A stretch of 64,000 nucleotides of DNA from Sphyrna mokarran (taxonomy: Eukaryota). The notes under the pieces are model-generated. The model ran no database searches. It was not told the origin of the DNA and worked only from the letters and a program-made list of their open reading frames with translations. The stretch covers positions 22,506,001 through 22,570,000 of the forward strand of contig JAGIQG010000019.1 in the NCBI GenBank assembly GCA_024679065.1, written 5' to 3'. The position numbers were made by a program, and so were the translations under genes. Shown one piece after another: positions 36,158 to 47,699 of this stretch (within the stretch, counting starts at the first letter, position 1; each line of letters opens with the position of its first letter).

Positions 36158-36988
36158 AGAACCCCCATGACTTGCCTGAACTTGCAATATCTCACTTACT
36201 GTCCTGTCTGGAGATAATACACATCTCTTTAACCTATGCTTAATGCTATCTTCACTCACATTGTCTGTACCTTTAAGACTTAAATAGCAGATTAGCTGTA
36301 AAGACTCACATTCTAATCAGTATTCTGTAAATTGTGTGTGCCTTTATATGCCCTGTTTCTGATCAGAACTCTCCACTCACCTGACAAAGGAATAGCGTTC
36401 TGAAAGCTAGTGGCATTATAGAACATAGAACATAGAACAATACAGCACAGAACAGGCCCTTCGACCTTCGATGTTGTGCCGACCAAAATAAAAAGCAATG
36501 CCCCTCCTAACTAAATCATTCCCTTCTCTTCCATATACTTATCAACTAACCTCTTAAACGCCACCAAACTTGGCGTATCTACAACAGCTGCAGGCAGGGC
36601 ATTCCACTCCCTAATCACTCTTTGAGTAAAGAACCTACCTCTGATATCCGTCCTATAACTCATACCCCTTAATTTAAAGCTGTGTCCCCTCGTGCTAGCT
36701 AATAAATTATTACTTTTATTAAGATTTAATATCTCGAGAAATTTCTAGAAAACCCGAGAAAACCCTCGAGAATTTCTAACACATCCTCCCTATCCACTAC
36801 AATACTCCCCAATTTGCAACCCTGTACCTCAGTGCTCTCCATAGCTACATTTCCAGCACTCTGCGTGAATAAAATTAAAAATACTTTTATTTATTACTTT
36901 TATTATTTTATAAATTATTAGCTAATAAATTATTACTACCAAATAAATCTGTTGGACTTGAACCTGATGTTGTGAGACTACTTACTGT
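36158..36988 (+). mobile_element. PLE family 2 fragment with a degenerate hammerhead, split by a CR1 tail
   Basis: CAC-CTGACAA-AGGAATAGCGTTCT-GAAA-GCTA-GTG at 36378-36412. Resumes at ~36935 with CAAATAAATCTGTTGGACTTGAACCTGATGTTGTGAGAC. Confidence 0.75.
36417..36697 (-). mobile_element. CR1-type LINE 3' end
   Basis: (TAGAACA)n tail, then TACAGCACAGAACAGGCCCTTCG and AGTAAAGAACCTACCTCTGA. Confidence 0.85.
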
Positions 36989-37174
36989 ATTTCACAACAC
37001 CAGGGACTTGTGTTTGATTCCAGCCTTGGGTAACAGTATGGAGTTGGCACATTTTCCCCATGTCTGTGTGGGTTTCCTCCCACATTCCAAAGGTGTGCAG
37101 ATTAAGTGGATTGGCCATGCTAAATTGCGCTCGACTGTCAAGGATGTGTATGGGAATTGATGGATAATTGATTC

Positions 37175-37490
37175 CTTATGAGGGGCATTCTACAATGAGA
37201 AGCCTTAGTCTTGGGATAAGGGATAGCAAATTTAAAACAGAGTTGAGAAGAAACTACTTGTTTCAAAAGGTTGTTAATCTGTGGAATTCGCTACCCCAAA
37301 ATGTGATGGGTGCTAGGACAGTGAGTAAACATAAGGAGCTAGACAGATTTTTAATTGGTAATGTGTTGATGGATTACGGGGAGAAGGCAGAAAAAGTAGA
37401 GATGAAGATCACATCAGTTATAATCAAATGGCAGAGCAGATTTGATGGGCCAAATGACCTTATTCTGCTCTTATTTCTTATGGAGTTATG
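37175..37490 (+). mobile_element. CR1-type LINE 3' end
   Basis: KFKTELRRNYLFQKVVNLWNSLPQ C-terminal motif plus 3' UTR. Confidence 0.85.
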
Positions 37491-38844
37491 AAAGATGAGG
37501 AGTTATGAAGATAGGGTAATGGGTAGGCCTAGGTAGAATATTCTGTCAGAGGTCGGTGCAGGCTCAATGGGCCAAATAGACGCTTCCTGCACTGTAGGGA
37601 TTCTATGAACAGCTTCAAATTATGAATGTAATATAATGTACAAGGTAATATTGCATAGACAATTACTTCCATTTTCTTTAAATAATAAAAGTGGCAGAAT
37701 GTAGTCAAGATTGTTTTCACCTGAGTAAGAGGACTTAAAGGTTGAAAAATGCAAAATCAAAATCCAGTTTCATAAAAGTGATTAACCAATCTCAATTATT
37801 TAAATTACAATTCAATTCAAATTTCAATTATCATTTCTTCTATTTATTCATTGAATATAATAGTGTATTTGGATCCACATCAAATAGAACAAGATTATGT
37901 TTTACATTTTTAGATTTCAAATTAAAATATTCATTAATTCTGTACATTTCTGTGATGCTGATTTCCATTATTCTCCATTAAAATTTGCAAAGCAAAGTTT
38001 CAAATATTTAATTATTAGATTATAATGGCAACATGATTCATTTTCTTTTTGTAGTGAAGAATGTTATTGAGTCACACAACATACAACTGTAGGCTTAATC
38101 ATTATTTGTTTAATACTTATATACACATCATTTCTTTTAAATATATCTCTGAGGCATCAAATGTATATAGGGCAGACTTTGATCCTCCTTGTCATGGGGG
38201 TTCGCAGGTGGGAGCAGTAGTAAAATGCCATGGATGTCTTTCCCAGCAGTTACATGCCACCTTGCCCCAGCTCAATTTAATTGGCAGTAGGGAGGCGCCA
38301 AGTGGCCTGCTCTTGTGCCAATGGAGTGCCTGTCTCTGCTACTAATCAAAAGTTGATGGGCTGAGGCCGTAGACTGGCATAAAACATGGTAGGTAAAACT
38401 GTTCATGTCTTTTTATTGACCACTGTTTCCATTTATTTTTGATCATCTCTGGATTTCCCCTCACTCTCCTGTATGCCCATCCAGTCTGGTCTTTGAACTT
38501 TTTTTGTCCACCCTGGCTCTGCTGATACTCTCAGCACTGTCTTTGTCTTTCCATGCAGCTCCAGCAACTATCATTTTTGGGGACTAAATGCAGTCCAAGC
38601 AGTAGCCACCACTTTCCCGATGTTTGGACAAAAGAGCTGCCAATCATTAAATTGAGCAGCAGAACTCAGAGATGGAGCTTCCTTCCCAGATGGGGGTGGA
38701 AGTTTCATCATTAGAAAATTAGTCTCAGTGGATGATAAATGGAAGTGATCAGGAGCAGACAATATACCTGTTTCCATCTCCACCTATGCCATGGTTCACT
38801 CCCTGACTATGTATCACTATAGAGGGCAGTACAGTGGCAAACAT

Positions 38845-39412
38845 TGGTAATTACTGGCAAGATGGATACAGAACTGTCTCAGACATAGAAGACGGAGGAT
38901 AGCAGTGGAAGGAAGCATTTCTGAATGGAGAACTGTGACAAGTGGCATTCCTTAGGGACCAGTATTGGATCATGTGCTGTTTTTATATATATATATTTAT
39001 AATTTGGAGGAAAACGTAACTGGCTTGATTAATAAGTTTATGGATGACACAAAGATTAATGGAACCATGGATAACGATGAGGACATCAGAATACAGCAGG
39101 ATACAGATCGGTTGGAGACTTGGGTGGGGAGCTGGCAGATGGAGTTTAATCCAAACAACTATGAAATCATGCATTTTGGAAGTTCTTTTACAGATGGGAG
39201 ATATACAGTAAATGGTAGAACCCTTAAGAGTATTGACAGGCAGAGGGATCTGGCTTTACAAGTACACAGGTCACTGGCAATGCAGTGGAGAAGGTAATCA
39301 AGAAGGCATACAGCATGCTTACCTTCTTTGGCCGGGGCATTGAGTTTAAAAATTGGCCGGTGAAGGCTTGGAGGGTCAAAGGGCCTATTCATGTGCTGTT
39401 CTTTGTTCTTTA
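38845..39412 (+). mobile_element. CR1/HER1-type LINE RT fragment with an internal deletion to the tail
   Basis: SGIP*GPVLDHVLFLYIY...NKFMDDTKING...WQMEFNPNNYEIMHFG. Jumps to tail AAGGGCCTATTCATGTGCTGTTCTTTGTTCTTT. Confidence 0.88.
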
Positions 39413-39737
39413 CTACTGTCTCTCAGTGCCAAGGACTCGGGTTCAATACCGGCCTTGGGTGAGTCTCTGTATGAAGGTTGCATGTTCTCCCTCCATCTCC
39501 ATAAATTTTCTCTGGATCTTCTATTCTCCTCCCACAAACCAAAGATATATAGGTTAGATGGATTGGTCATGCTAAATTGCCCCTTAATGTCCCAGGATGT
39601 ATAGGTTACAGGAATTAGCAGGATAAATATGTAGAGTTAAAGGTTAGGGTCTGAATGGGATTCCCTGTCAGAAAGTTGGTACGGACTCAATGGGCCGAAT
39701 GGCCTGCCCCTACACTGTAGGAATTCTATGATTCTAT
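39413..39737 (+). mobile_element. HE1-type SINE
   Basis: GGGTTCAATACCGG B-box, core, and tail ATGGGCCGAATGGCC...CACTGTAGGAATTCTATG. Confidence 0.85.
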
Positions 39738-39759
39738 AAAGGATATTTAATTGAGGATT

Positions 39760-40365
39760 TTCATAATACATAAGTACCAGATAATGATCATCTCCATCAA
39801 AAGAGAATCTAACCACCAGCCCTTGAAATTCAATGGCGCTACTATCTCTGACATCCCTGATGCAAAAGCACAAGATAAATCCTCTCCATTTGCATGGTTC
39901 CAACAATACTCAACATCGCTTAAAACCATTCAGGACAAAGCAATCCAGTTTATTAGCATCCCTTGCAACACATTAAACATTCACTTCCTCCAACAGTAAT
40001 GCACAATGACCACAGGGTGTGCTATATTCAAAATGTGTTGCAGCAACCCACCAAACCACCTTTGATGGAACTTTCCAAAATCATGACCTCTACTGCTTAG
40101 AAGGCCAAGGGTAGCAGATGCAAGGAAACACTACTTCTTGCAAGTTCCTTACCATCCTAACTTGAATTATATCACCATTCCTTCACTGTCGTTGGATCAA
40201 AGTCCTGAGACTTCCTGACAGTACTGTTGGTGAACCTTCACCCGATGGACTGCAGCAGTTCAAGAATGTACTTAACACCACCTTCTTAATGTCAATTAGA
40301 AATGATCAACAAATGTTGGCTTCACCAGCGACAAGCACATCCCATGTATGAATAAATAAAATGAA
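39760..40365 (+). mobile_element. Old CR1/L2-group LINE 3' fragment
   Basis: KYQIMIISIKRESNHQPLKFNG...LKTIQDKAIQFI. Ends CAAATGTTGGCTTCACCAGCGACAAGCACATCCCATGTATGAATAAATAAAA, a tail also seen at 27716-27775. Confidence 0.65.
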
Positions 40366-40719
40366 AATTATCAGTATTTTTGCAGACAGTCAATGGAACT
40401 TTGCAGTTAATAGACAAGAAGTCTGTGAAAATCCCTGATGATCAGGCAAGAATAGCTTTGAATTCAATTTGAGATGAATGATGATATATGGAATAAATTT
40501 CCCTGGTGAAATGGTATGTTGTACGACAGAGGAGAAATTAGTTATCTATTATAATAAGGCTATCCAGGCAATGAAAACAGTGCAGGAAAGAAACAAAACT
40601 AAAATCTAACTGAAGGCATCTGAGCTGTGAGGAGAGATGGAATCGGTGAGGATTGTTTATTTTGGAATTAAGACTTAGGGAGAAAATATTCAAATATTCC
40701 AGAGTGATGGCAACAGCAC

Positions 40720-41140
40720 AGATTCAATTGCCTTATTGGCTGAGGTTATTCACGAAGGTCCACCATCTCAACCCTGCCCCGTGCCCGAGGTGCAGTGATC
40801 CTCAGGTTACATCACCACAAGTCAGCTCTCCCCCTCAAAGTAGAGAGCGGCTATGGTCATTTGGGTTTATACAATAAACCCACAAGTTTTCGGGGTTTGC
40901 CCCCTTGTCAGCTGAGTGAAGAGAATTCTGTTGGTGGATCTTTACTCAATGGACTGCAGTGGAGTGGAGAGAACTTTCCACTTACCTGACGAAGGAGCAA
41001 ACCCTGAAAGCTTGTCGGTTTACTATCAAGTAAACTTGTTGGACTTTAACCTCGTGTTGTGAGATTTCTTACTGTGTTTACCCCAGTCCAACACTGGCAT
41101 CTCCATATCTGGGATTACAACAACTTTGCCTTTATCTTTA
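40720..41140 (+). mobile_element. SINE-like repeat interrupted by a PLE family 2 terminal fragment (~40875-41107)
   Basis: GATCCTCAGGTTACATCACCACAAGTCAGCTCTCCCCCTCAAAG repeat. The PLE end GTTGGACTTTAACCTCGTGTTGTGAGATTTCTTACTGTG...CCCCAGTCCAACACTGGCATCTCC lies inside it. Confidence 0.6.
40982..41018 (+). ncRNA. Minimal hammerhead ribozyme motif (PLE-type), weakened stems
   Basis: TTAC-CTGACGA-AGGAGCAAACCCT-GAAA-GCTT-GTCGG. Confidence 0.55.
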
Positions 41141-41154
41141 TCCACATTATTAAT

Positions 41155-41478
41155 GTGGTAGGTGGCACAGTGATACAGTGGTTAAGAACTGCTGTCTCAC
41201 AACACCAGGGACCCGGGTTCATATTCCAGCCTTGGATGAATGTCTGTGTGGAGTTTGCACATTTTCTCTGTGTCTGTGTGAGTTTCTTCCGGATGCTCTG
41301 GCTCCCTCCCACACTCCAAAGATATGTAAGTTCATGGATTAGCCATGCTAAATTGCCCCTTAATGTCAGGGAATGAGCAGGGTAAGTCTGTGGGGTTACG
41401 GGGATGGGTTCGAGGTGGGATTCAACCTCAGTGGGCCAAATGGCCTCATTCTGCACTTACAGATTCCATGATTCTATA
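41155..41478 (+). mobile_element. HE1-type SINE, full length
   Basis: GGTGGCACAGTG...CCAGGGACCCGGGTTCATATTCC head, core and tail. Confidence 0.9.
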
Positions 41479-42619
41479 ATTTATTCAGGATAACTGAGGA
41501 AATACGAACACCATCAATTTTTTCTTGCAGTTATCGATACAATCTTTGAGCAAGAGAAAACCCTGCTAAGGAAATTCAAGGAGAACAAAATATTTAGATT
41601 GCTTTAAATGCTAGGGTTAGGAATGGAATCCATCCAGAGGGAACAGTCACCTTGACCTGGAACTTTGATCAGGAGTGCACTTTGAATTCCGTAGAGACAA
41701 GTTCCCTGCCCAATTAAGTGGTCTCAAAGTTGGAGTGTCAATCAGAGGCCATCCAGCTTCAGAGGAAGCAGTAGATTGTGTTACAAGGTAAGTGGGGTGG
41801 GTGCTTCAACAAGAAGTAGCCCCGCAGACACTTTCTAAAAACTTCAAACAGAAATACAAAAAGCAGTAGCCTCAGAGTGGGTGAATTGGAACATTCGAGG
41901 AAGGATAGGAATCCCTTGAAAAAGCAGCATTTGTCTGCACCCTTCTCCACCACCACCTCAGCACCACCCTCCTGAAAGTTTTCCAGCATTTTCTGTTTTT
42001 GTTTCAGATTCCAGCATCTGCAGTATTTTGCTTTTATAATGGTGAGAGCAGTTAGCCTCGCTGGAAAGCCTATAAAAAAACTTAAGGTCTCCTTGGCAAA
42101 TGATACTTCTCATTGCAAATTTAAAGTACTGAGAATGAAATGGAGGGCTTAACATGTTCAGAAAGCACTTTTGAGGAATTTGTGGGCAAGATGGCACAGC
42201 ACCACCCAATGGTTTGAATTTGTGATGATTGAAAGTTGAGGTTAGATAGGAAGTTTCCATTATAAATTTTAATCACAAAATTTATTGGGATAGAATGTTC
42301 CCAAAATGTGACAAAGGATAGCAACAGGATATAAATTTCTGTAGACATGGAAAGACATAAGTTATTTCTCAGTAAGATAGATGTGAATGGAGAGCCACAG
42401 ACAGACAGCATACTAAATCTTATTGTATGAACCGAAACTTGAATTTTGGTCATGCACTTCCAATGGCTTAACAAGGGTACAGAGGAAATCTTTGCAATTA
42501 AGAGAGACAGCTCACAAGATTGATAAAATATGGCAGATACTTTACTGTGAGTTTTAGTTCATCAGGAGCTGAGCTGACAGCGAGCTTTTCATTTCCTGGT
42601 GCCTCACCACTCAATTAGT

Positions 42620-42862
42620 AAAGAACGTTAGGACGGATGTCAGAGGTAGGTTCTTTACCCAGAGGGTGGTAAGGGTATGGAATGCCCTGCCTGCTGCAGT
42701 TGTAGATGCACCAAGTTTGGGAGCGTTTAAGAGGTCAGTAGATAAGTTTATGGATGAAAAGGGAATGGTTTAGGTTAGAGGGTCATTGCTTTTTCTTAAT
42801 TGGTCGGCGCAACATCGAAGGCCGAAGGGCCTGTTCTGCGCTGTAATGTTCTATGTTCTATC
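42620..42862 (+). mobile_element. CR1-type LINE 3' end
   Basis: RTDVRGRFFTQRVVRVWNALP C-terminal motif. Tail GGCCGAAGGGCCTGTTCTGCGCTGTAATGTTCTATGTTCTAT. Confidence 0.9.
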
Positions 42863-42927
42863 TGTGTCTGCTGCTTTTGAGTTTCCAGCAGTTGAACATA
42901 ATAATACATTAATACATAATGCGTAAG

Positions 42928-43992
42928 GAAGAACAAAGAAAATTACAGCACTGGAACGGGCTCTTTGGCCCTTCATGCCTACACCAATCATGCTGTCCAG
43001 CTGAGGTAAAATTTCCAACCCTTCCAGGTTCCCATCCTAATCCCTCTCTTCCTATCCTATTCGTGTATCTGTCAAGACACCCTTTAAAATTCGTTATCAT
43101 TAGCAACTTCCACTACCTCCCTCAACAGCGATTTCGGGGCACCCACCACTGTCTGTAAAAACCTGTCTTGGACATCTCCTTTTAAGCTTGCCACTCACAT
43201 CTTAAATCTATGCTCCCTAGTAATTGACACTTCCACCCTGGCAAAAGCTTCTGACTATCCATTCTGCCCAAACCCCTCAATCTTGTAGACTTCTATCAGG
43301 TTGACCCTCAACCTCCATCATTCCAGTGAGAACAAACCAAGTTTTTCCAACCTCTCCTCAGAGACAATGACCTCCATATGAGGCAACATCCTGGTAAATC
43401 TTTTCTGTACCCTCTCCAAAGCCTCCACATCCTTCTAGAAGTGTAGAATTAAACGCTATATTGCAAGTGCAGCTTAACTGACGTTCTATCCTGCTGCGAC
43501 ATAAATTGCCAATTTTTAAACTCAATGCCCTGGCTGATGAAGACAAGCATGCTGTATGCCTTCTTGATTACCTTCTCTGCATGTGTTGCCATTTTCAATG
43601 ATCTGTGTACCTGTACACCCAGATCCCTCTGCCTATCAATACTTTTAAGAGTTCTGCCATTTATTGTATATTGTCTATGTTCAACCTTCCAAAATACACT
43701 GCCCTACATTTGTCCAGATTAAACTCCATCTGCCATCTCTCTGCCCAAGCCTCCAACCGATCTATATCCTGCTGGATCCTCTGATGGTCGTCACTGCTAT
43801 CCGCAAATTCGCCAACCTTTGTGTCATCCACAAACTTAATAACCAAGCCAGTTTTATTTCCCCCCAAATCATTTATATATAATCACAAACAGTAAAAGTC
43901 CCAGCACTGATCCCTGAGGAATGCCACTTGTCACAGCACCCATTCAGAAACGCATCCTTCGACTGCTACCCTCTGTCTTCTATGATCGAGCC
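42928..43992 (-). mobile_element. CR1/HER1-type LINE, 5'-truncated (~1.06 kb)
   Basis: Minus strand: SGIPQGSVLG...KFVDDTKVG...WQMEFNLDKC, then 3' UTR ending in TTCTTTGTTC. Same subfamily as 38845-39412. Confidence 0.92.
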
Positions 43993-44074
43993 CTATGATT
44001 GAACTGCAATGAATAAATCAAAGTACTTCAGTTGGGATGCTTAGATTACTCCTAAAATAAGAACAAAATAGTAT

Positions 44075-44322
44075 GGAAACTGGGAATCTGAAATAAAAAC
44101 AGGAATTGTTGGAAAAACTCAGTAGATCTGGCAGCATCTATGAAGAGAGAACTATTTTAAGACCAATATGACTCCTTCTGAATGCCAGTGAGTTGAGGTA
44201 ACTAGTTGCCATTTGTGAGTTCCAAAGAAGAGGCACATTGAACTCAAAACATCAACTCAGTTTCTCCCTCTACAGATGCTGCCAGACCTGTTAAGTTTTT
44301 CCAGTATTTTCTGTTTTTATTT
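44075..44322. mobile_element. PLE-derived fold-back element
   Basis: AAATAAAAACAGGAATTGTTGGAAAAACTCAGTAGATCTGGCAGCATCT... and ...AGATGCTGCCAGACCTGTTAAGTTTTTCCAGTATTTTCTGTTTTTATTT are inverted arms. Confidence 0.75.
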
Positions 44323-46999
44323 GCCCTCAGATTATCCTCACTGTCATACTTATTTATGATTCACTGATTGCTTTTGTTACAACCACATGAAAAAGGATGA
44401 AGTGACTCCCTTATTCTCCCATTTTAGGTTTGAACATAATAGGGTTTTACGCGCCTTGGAAAAGGTGCTTTGCCATTTTTGTAAAAGTCCCACTATTTAA
44501 ACTTTCAAGCAGTACATGGTTGTCTTTTGGTCTTGCTCTCATGTTTGGCAAGGTGCTCTTAAAGTGCCTTTCTGACTGTATATTCAAGAGAAATTCTATT
44601 AATTCATGTACGCTGCAGTTATTGTTTCAGAACGTGTAACTGCATATTATTGCCTCATTTCAGAAAGATTTGAGAAGTTTCAGGGTGGTGTAGTGGGGAT
44701 GGAGACTTTCACACTTCCCAGGGGTTTGAATGTTTTTCATCCCATATGGTAGAATGTATGTATCGTAGTTGTGCGGGCAATTTCATCATGGTCTTCAAAG
44801 CATTCTATTTTTAAAAAGATTTAACCAGAAGAACAAAAAATATAAACTGTACCTTTTAAAAAGCACAACCCCATGTGTTAAATGTTAAAATATATTCAAG
44901 TTAATTTACACACATTCCAACTATAAGGAGGGGATAGAGTTGGCAGATATACTTGACAGTCAAGGAATAATATCAAACACAGTTTAAAAAAATCTGCCCT
45001 CTGCAGAATAACATGTTCGCCAGGAGATAACCTTTAATTAATGATGAAAACTCATTCCATAAAGACAGATATGAGTGTACTTGAGTCGTACTTCACACAG
45101 CCCTATGTGTAATACAAGAGATAATCAAAATAATGTGAAGAAACAACTGTCACATCAAAGAATTAACAAGCAATTCAATAAAGAAAATGTGAGATATTCA
45201 AGAGTGCTTTAACTTAAAGAAGGTAGGCTGAAAACAGCATGATAAAATAAACAGAGATTGTGAAATCCTATGTTTAAATAGCAACCAAAGTATTACTAAA
45301 TCAGAAGCTCTGGTAACTTCATATCCATCTTTCCTTCAGCTGAATGACATTCTGTGTGCTACATTTGAAGCATAATGGATCATGCTATCTGTGAATTTCT
45401 GTGTTCGTTAGTGCTTCATGACTTTTTTTTTAACGATGCCTGAAAGGCTTTTGATTGCAGGATTGAATGATTTCAACTGAGGCATTAGTTGGTGCAGTAA
45501 AACTGGCCTCAATATTCCTGTATTGCAAAGTGGGATTGGGGGAAGTGTGAAAGGCAAGGAAAGAGCTTGCAGTTATATTAGCGCTTTTCAGCACAGCCCG
45601 TCCCCGTCCCCCACCCCTCCGCCCCCAAAGTGCTCCACAATAAATGTGTCAGCTGTGACTCAGTTGATAGCACTCTTGTCTCTGAGGCACAAGGGGTGGA
45701 AGTTAATGAAGACTCTGGGACTGGGAAAGATGGCTGACAGGATGAGTTAATTATAGGAGCCGAATTGTTGAATAATGATTGTGGCTCAGAATGAAAAACT
45801 AAGTTGGTGGAGGGACAGTTGTGGATCAAGCCTCATTCCATCCATGGTGGATGCCTACTTGCAATATGTTTGAATAGCTATTACTTTTAAACGTTTTGAA
45901 ATTAAGTAGTCCCCCCAACATGAAGTCAGAGGCACACAGGAATCTCATGACACTTGGCTCATGTTTCTTTAACGATGGCGTACTAGTTATCTTTCTGCAG
46001 TTGTGGCTGACACAATGGTCGAATTTACTAGGAAGCAGAATGACAGCTTCAATAGGGGATCAACCAGGGCAAGTTTGGGGAGATGGGTGGTAGGAGGGAC
46101 GTAGGCATGTGTGGTATGATAAGGGGCTTGGGCAGGGTTATAGAAAACATCAAGAGGGCCTTAACAGAGGAGAATGGGTGAGGTGGGGGAGTGAACATGT
46201 GAAGTGGGAAGTGTCTGGCCTACTGTGCAATTTGGGCCCTTTAGGTCAAAGTCAAGGTGCTAGCTGGCAAAGTGAATATTCACAGTTATGGGCGGAGTGG
46301 GGGTAATGATGGGGGGGTAGGGGAATGATTTGAATTCAGAAGGGGGACAGATTCAGTAGGAGGTGCGACAATTATTGGTCCTGTAGAAAGGTCGCAGAAT
46401 CTAATGGCATCCTGAAGGATAGTGTGATGACTGTCAAGGACCAAGTGAGGAATCTCGCAGAGGTTTAGGGGTGGGGAATCAGTGGAGATAGAATGTTCCC
46501 CATCATGATGAAAAACTCAAGTGATAAGGGGAGGTTGAAGGGTTACAAAGATATAGCACACAATGATATTAGCAAGGCCAACTACCATGGGAGTAAAATG
46601 GAAGGCGAGAAAGTGGAAGGTCGCAGATTGTGAATCAAGGATCATTTGTACAGTGCAATAGGAGTATGCCCCATTTTTAAAAAAGTATGATTCTTCAACT
46701 TTCAACTGACTAGAAATTTTGTCGTTTGAAATGAGATGGAACAAACTGCTTAAGCCACCTCCGAAAGTGAAGGTGAAATCAAACAAATCACCTCAGGGAG
46801 TGCAAAGAGAGAAGCAATTCCCATAATTCAGACACACCCATTGAAACTCATCACTGACAAAGGAAGAGACATTAACATGTGTGGGAAATACACAATGCAT
46901 GAAATATTTCAGGGCAGGGCTTGCCAGCTACACTGAAGGAAAGCTCTATCTCGTTCTCTCTCTTTTGGTTCAGAAGCCAACTTTACTAGAAATTTAAGA

Positions 47000-47255
47000 C
47001 TGGCACAGTGATTAGCACTGCTACCTCACAGCATCAGGGTCCTGGGTTCAATTCTGGCCTCGAGTCATGATCTGTATGGAATTTGTATGTCCTGCTCATG
47101 TCTCAGTAGGTTTCCATGCTAAATTGACCCTTAGTGTCAGGGAAATTAGCAGGGTAAATTTGTGGGTTGCAAGGATAGGGTCTGGATGGGATTGTTATTG
47201 GTGCAGGCTTAATGGGTCAAATGGCCTCCTTCTGCAACACAGGGATTCTATGATA
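47000..47255 (+). mobile_element. HE1-type SINE with a core deletion
   Basis: TGGCACAGTGATTAGCACTGCTACCTCAC head and the standard tail. Confidence 0.85.
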
Positions 47256-47699
47256 AACTGAAATTTTAGAATAATTGCAACATTTTCTATGTTTGACCAC
47301 ATCCACAGACCAGCTAATCCAAATAGATGACAATATTAAAATATCTGCACTTTAAGCATGGTCAAAGGACATTTAACCGTATGTTTGCATGTGTATGGCA
47401 AATGCTTGACCTCACGCTTCTATTATTCTTTCTTTGGTTTCATGATTAATAAGTTTGCTTTTTCTTTAACTCAAGAAAACCATGGATGATTGACATCTTA
47501 TTGCTCGCAGTTTAAACTGTTAGATTCACATGCTGATTTAGCAAAGGCATATTTTTGTGAAAAAGAAATGGGGGCAGTGAGAAACCTTCCTTGTCTCCAG
47601 GGAGCCCATTAAGTAGGGATCTCCATGTCTGCCATTAGCCCATGCATGGATATTCCTGGGCTGGCTGTTTGATTTGGGCCTTTTCCATACAGGTTAATT

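Larger units (their letters stand above)
36134..37610 (+). mobile_element. HE1-type SINE hosting nested insertions
   Basis: Head at 36134-36157, continues 36989-37160 and ~37500-37610. Confidence 0.8.
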
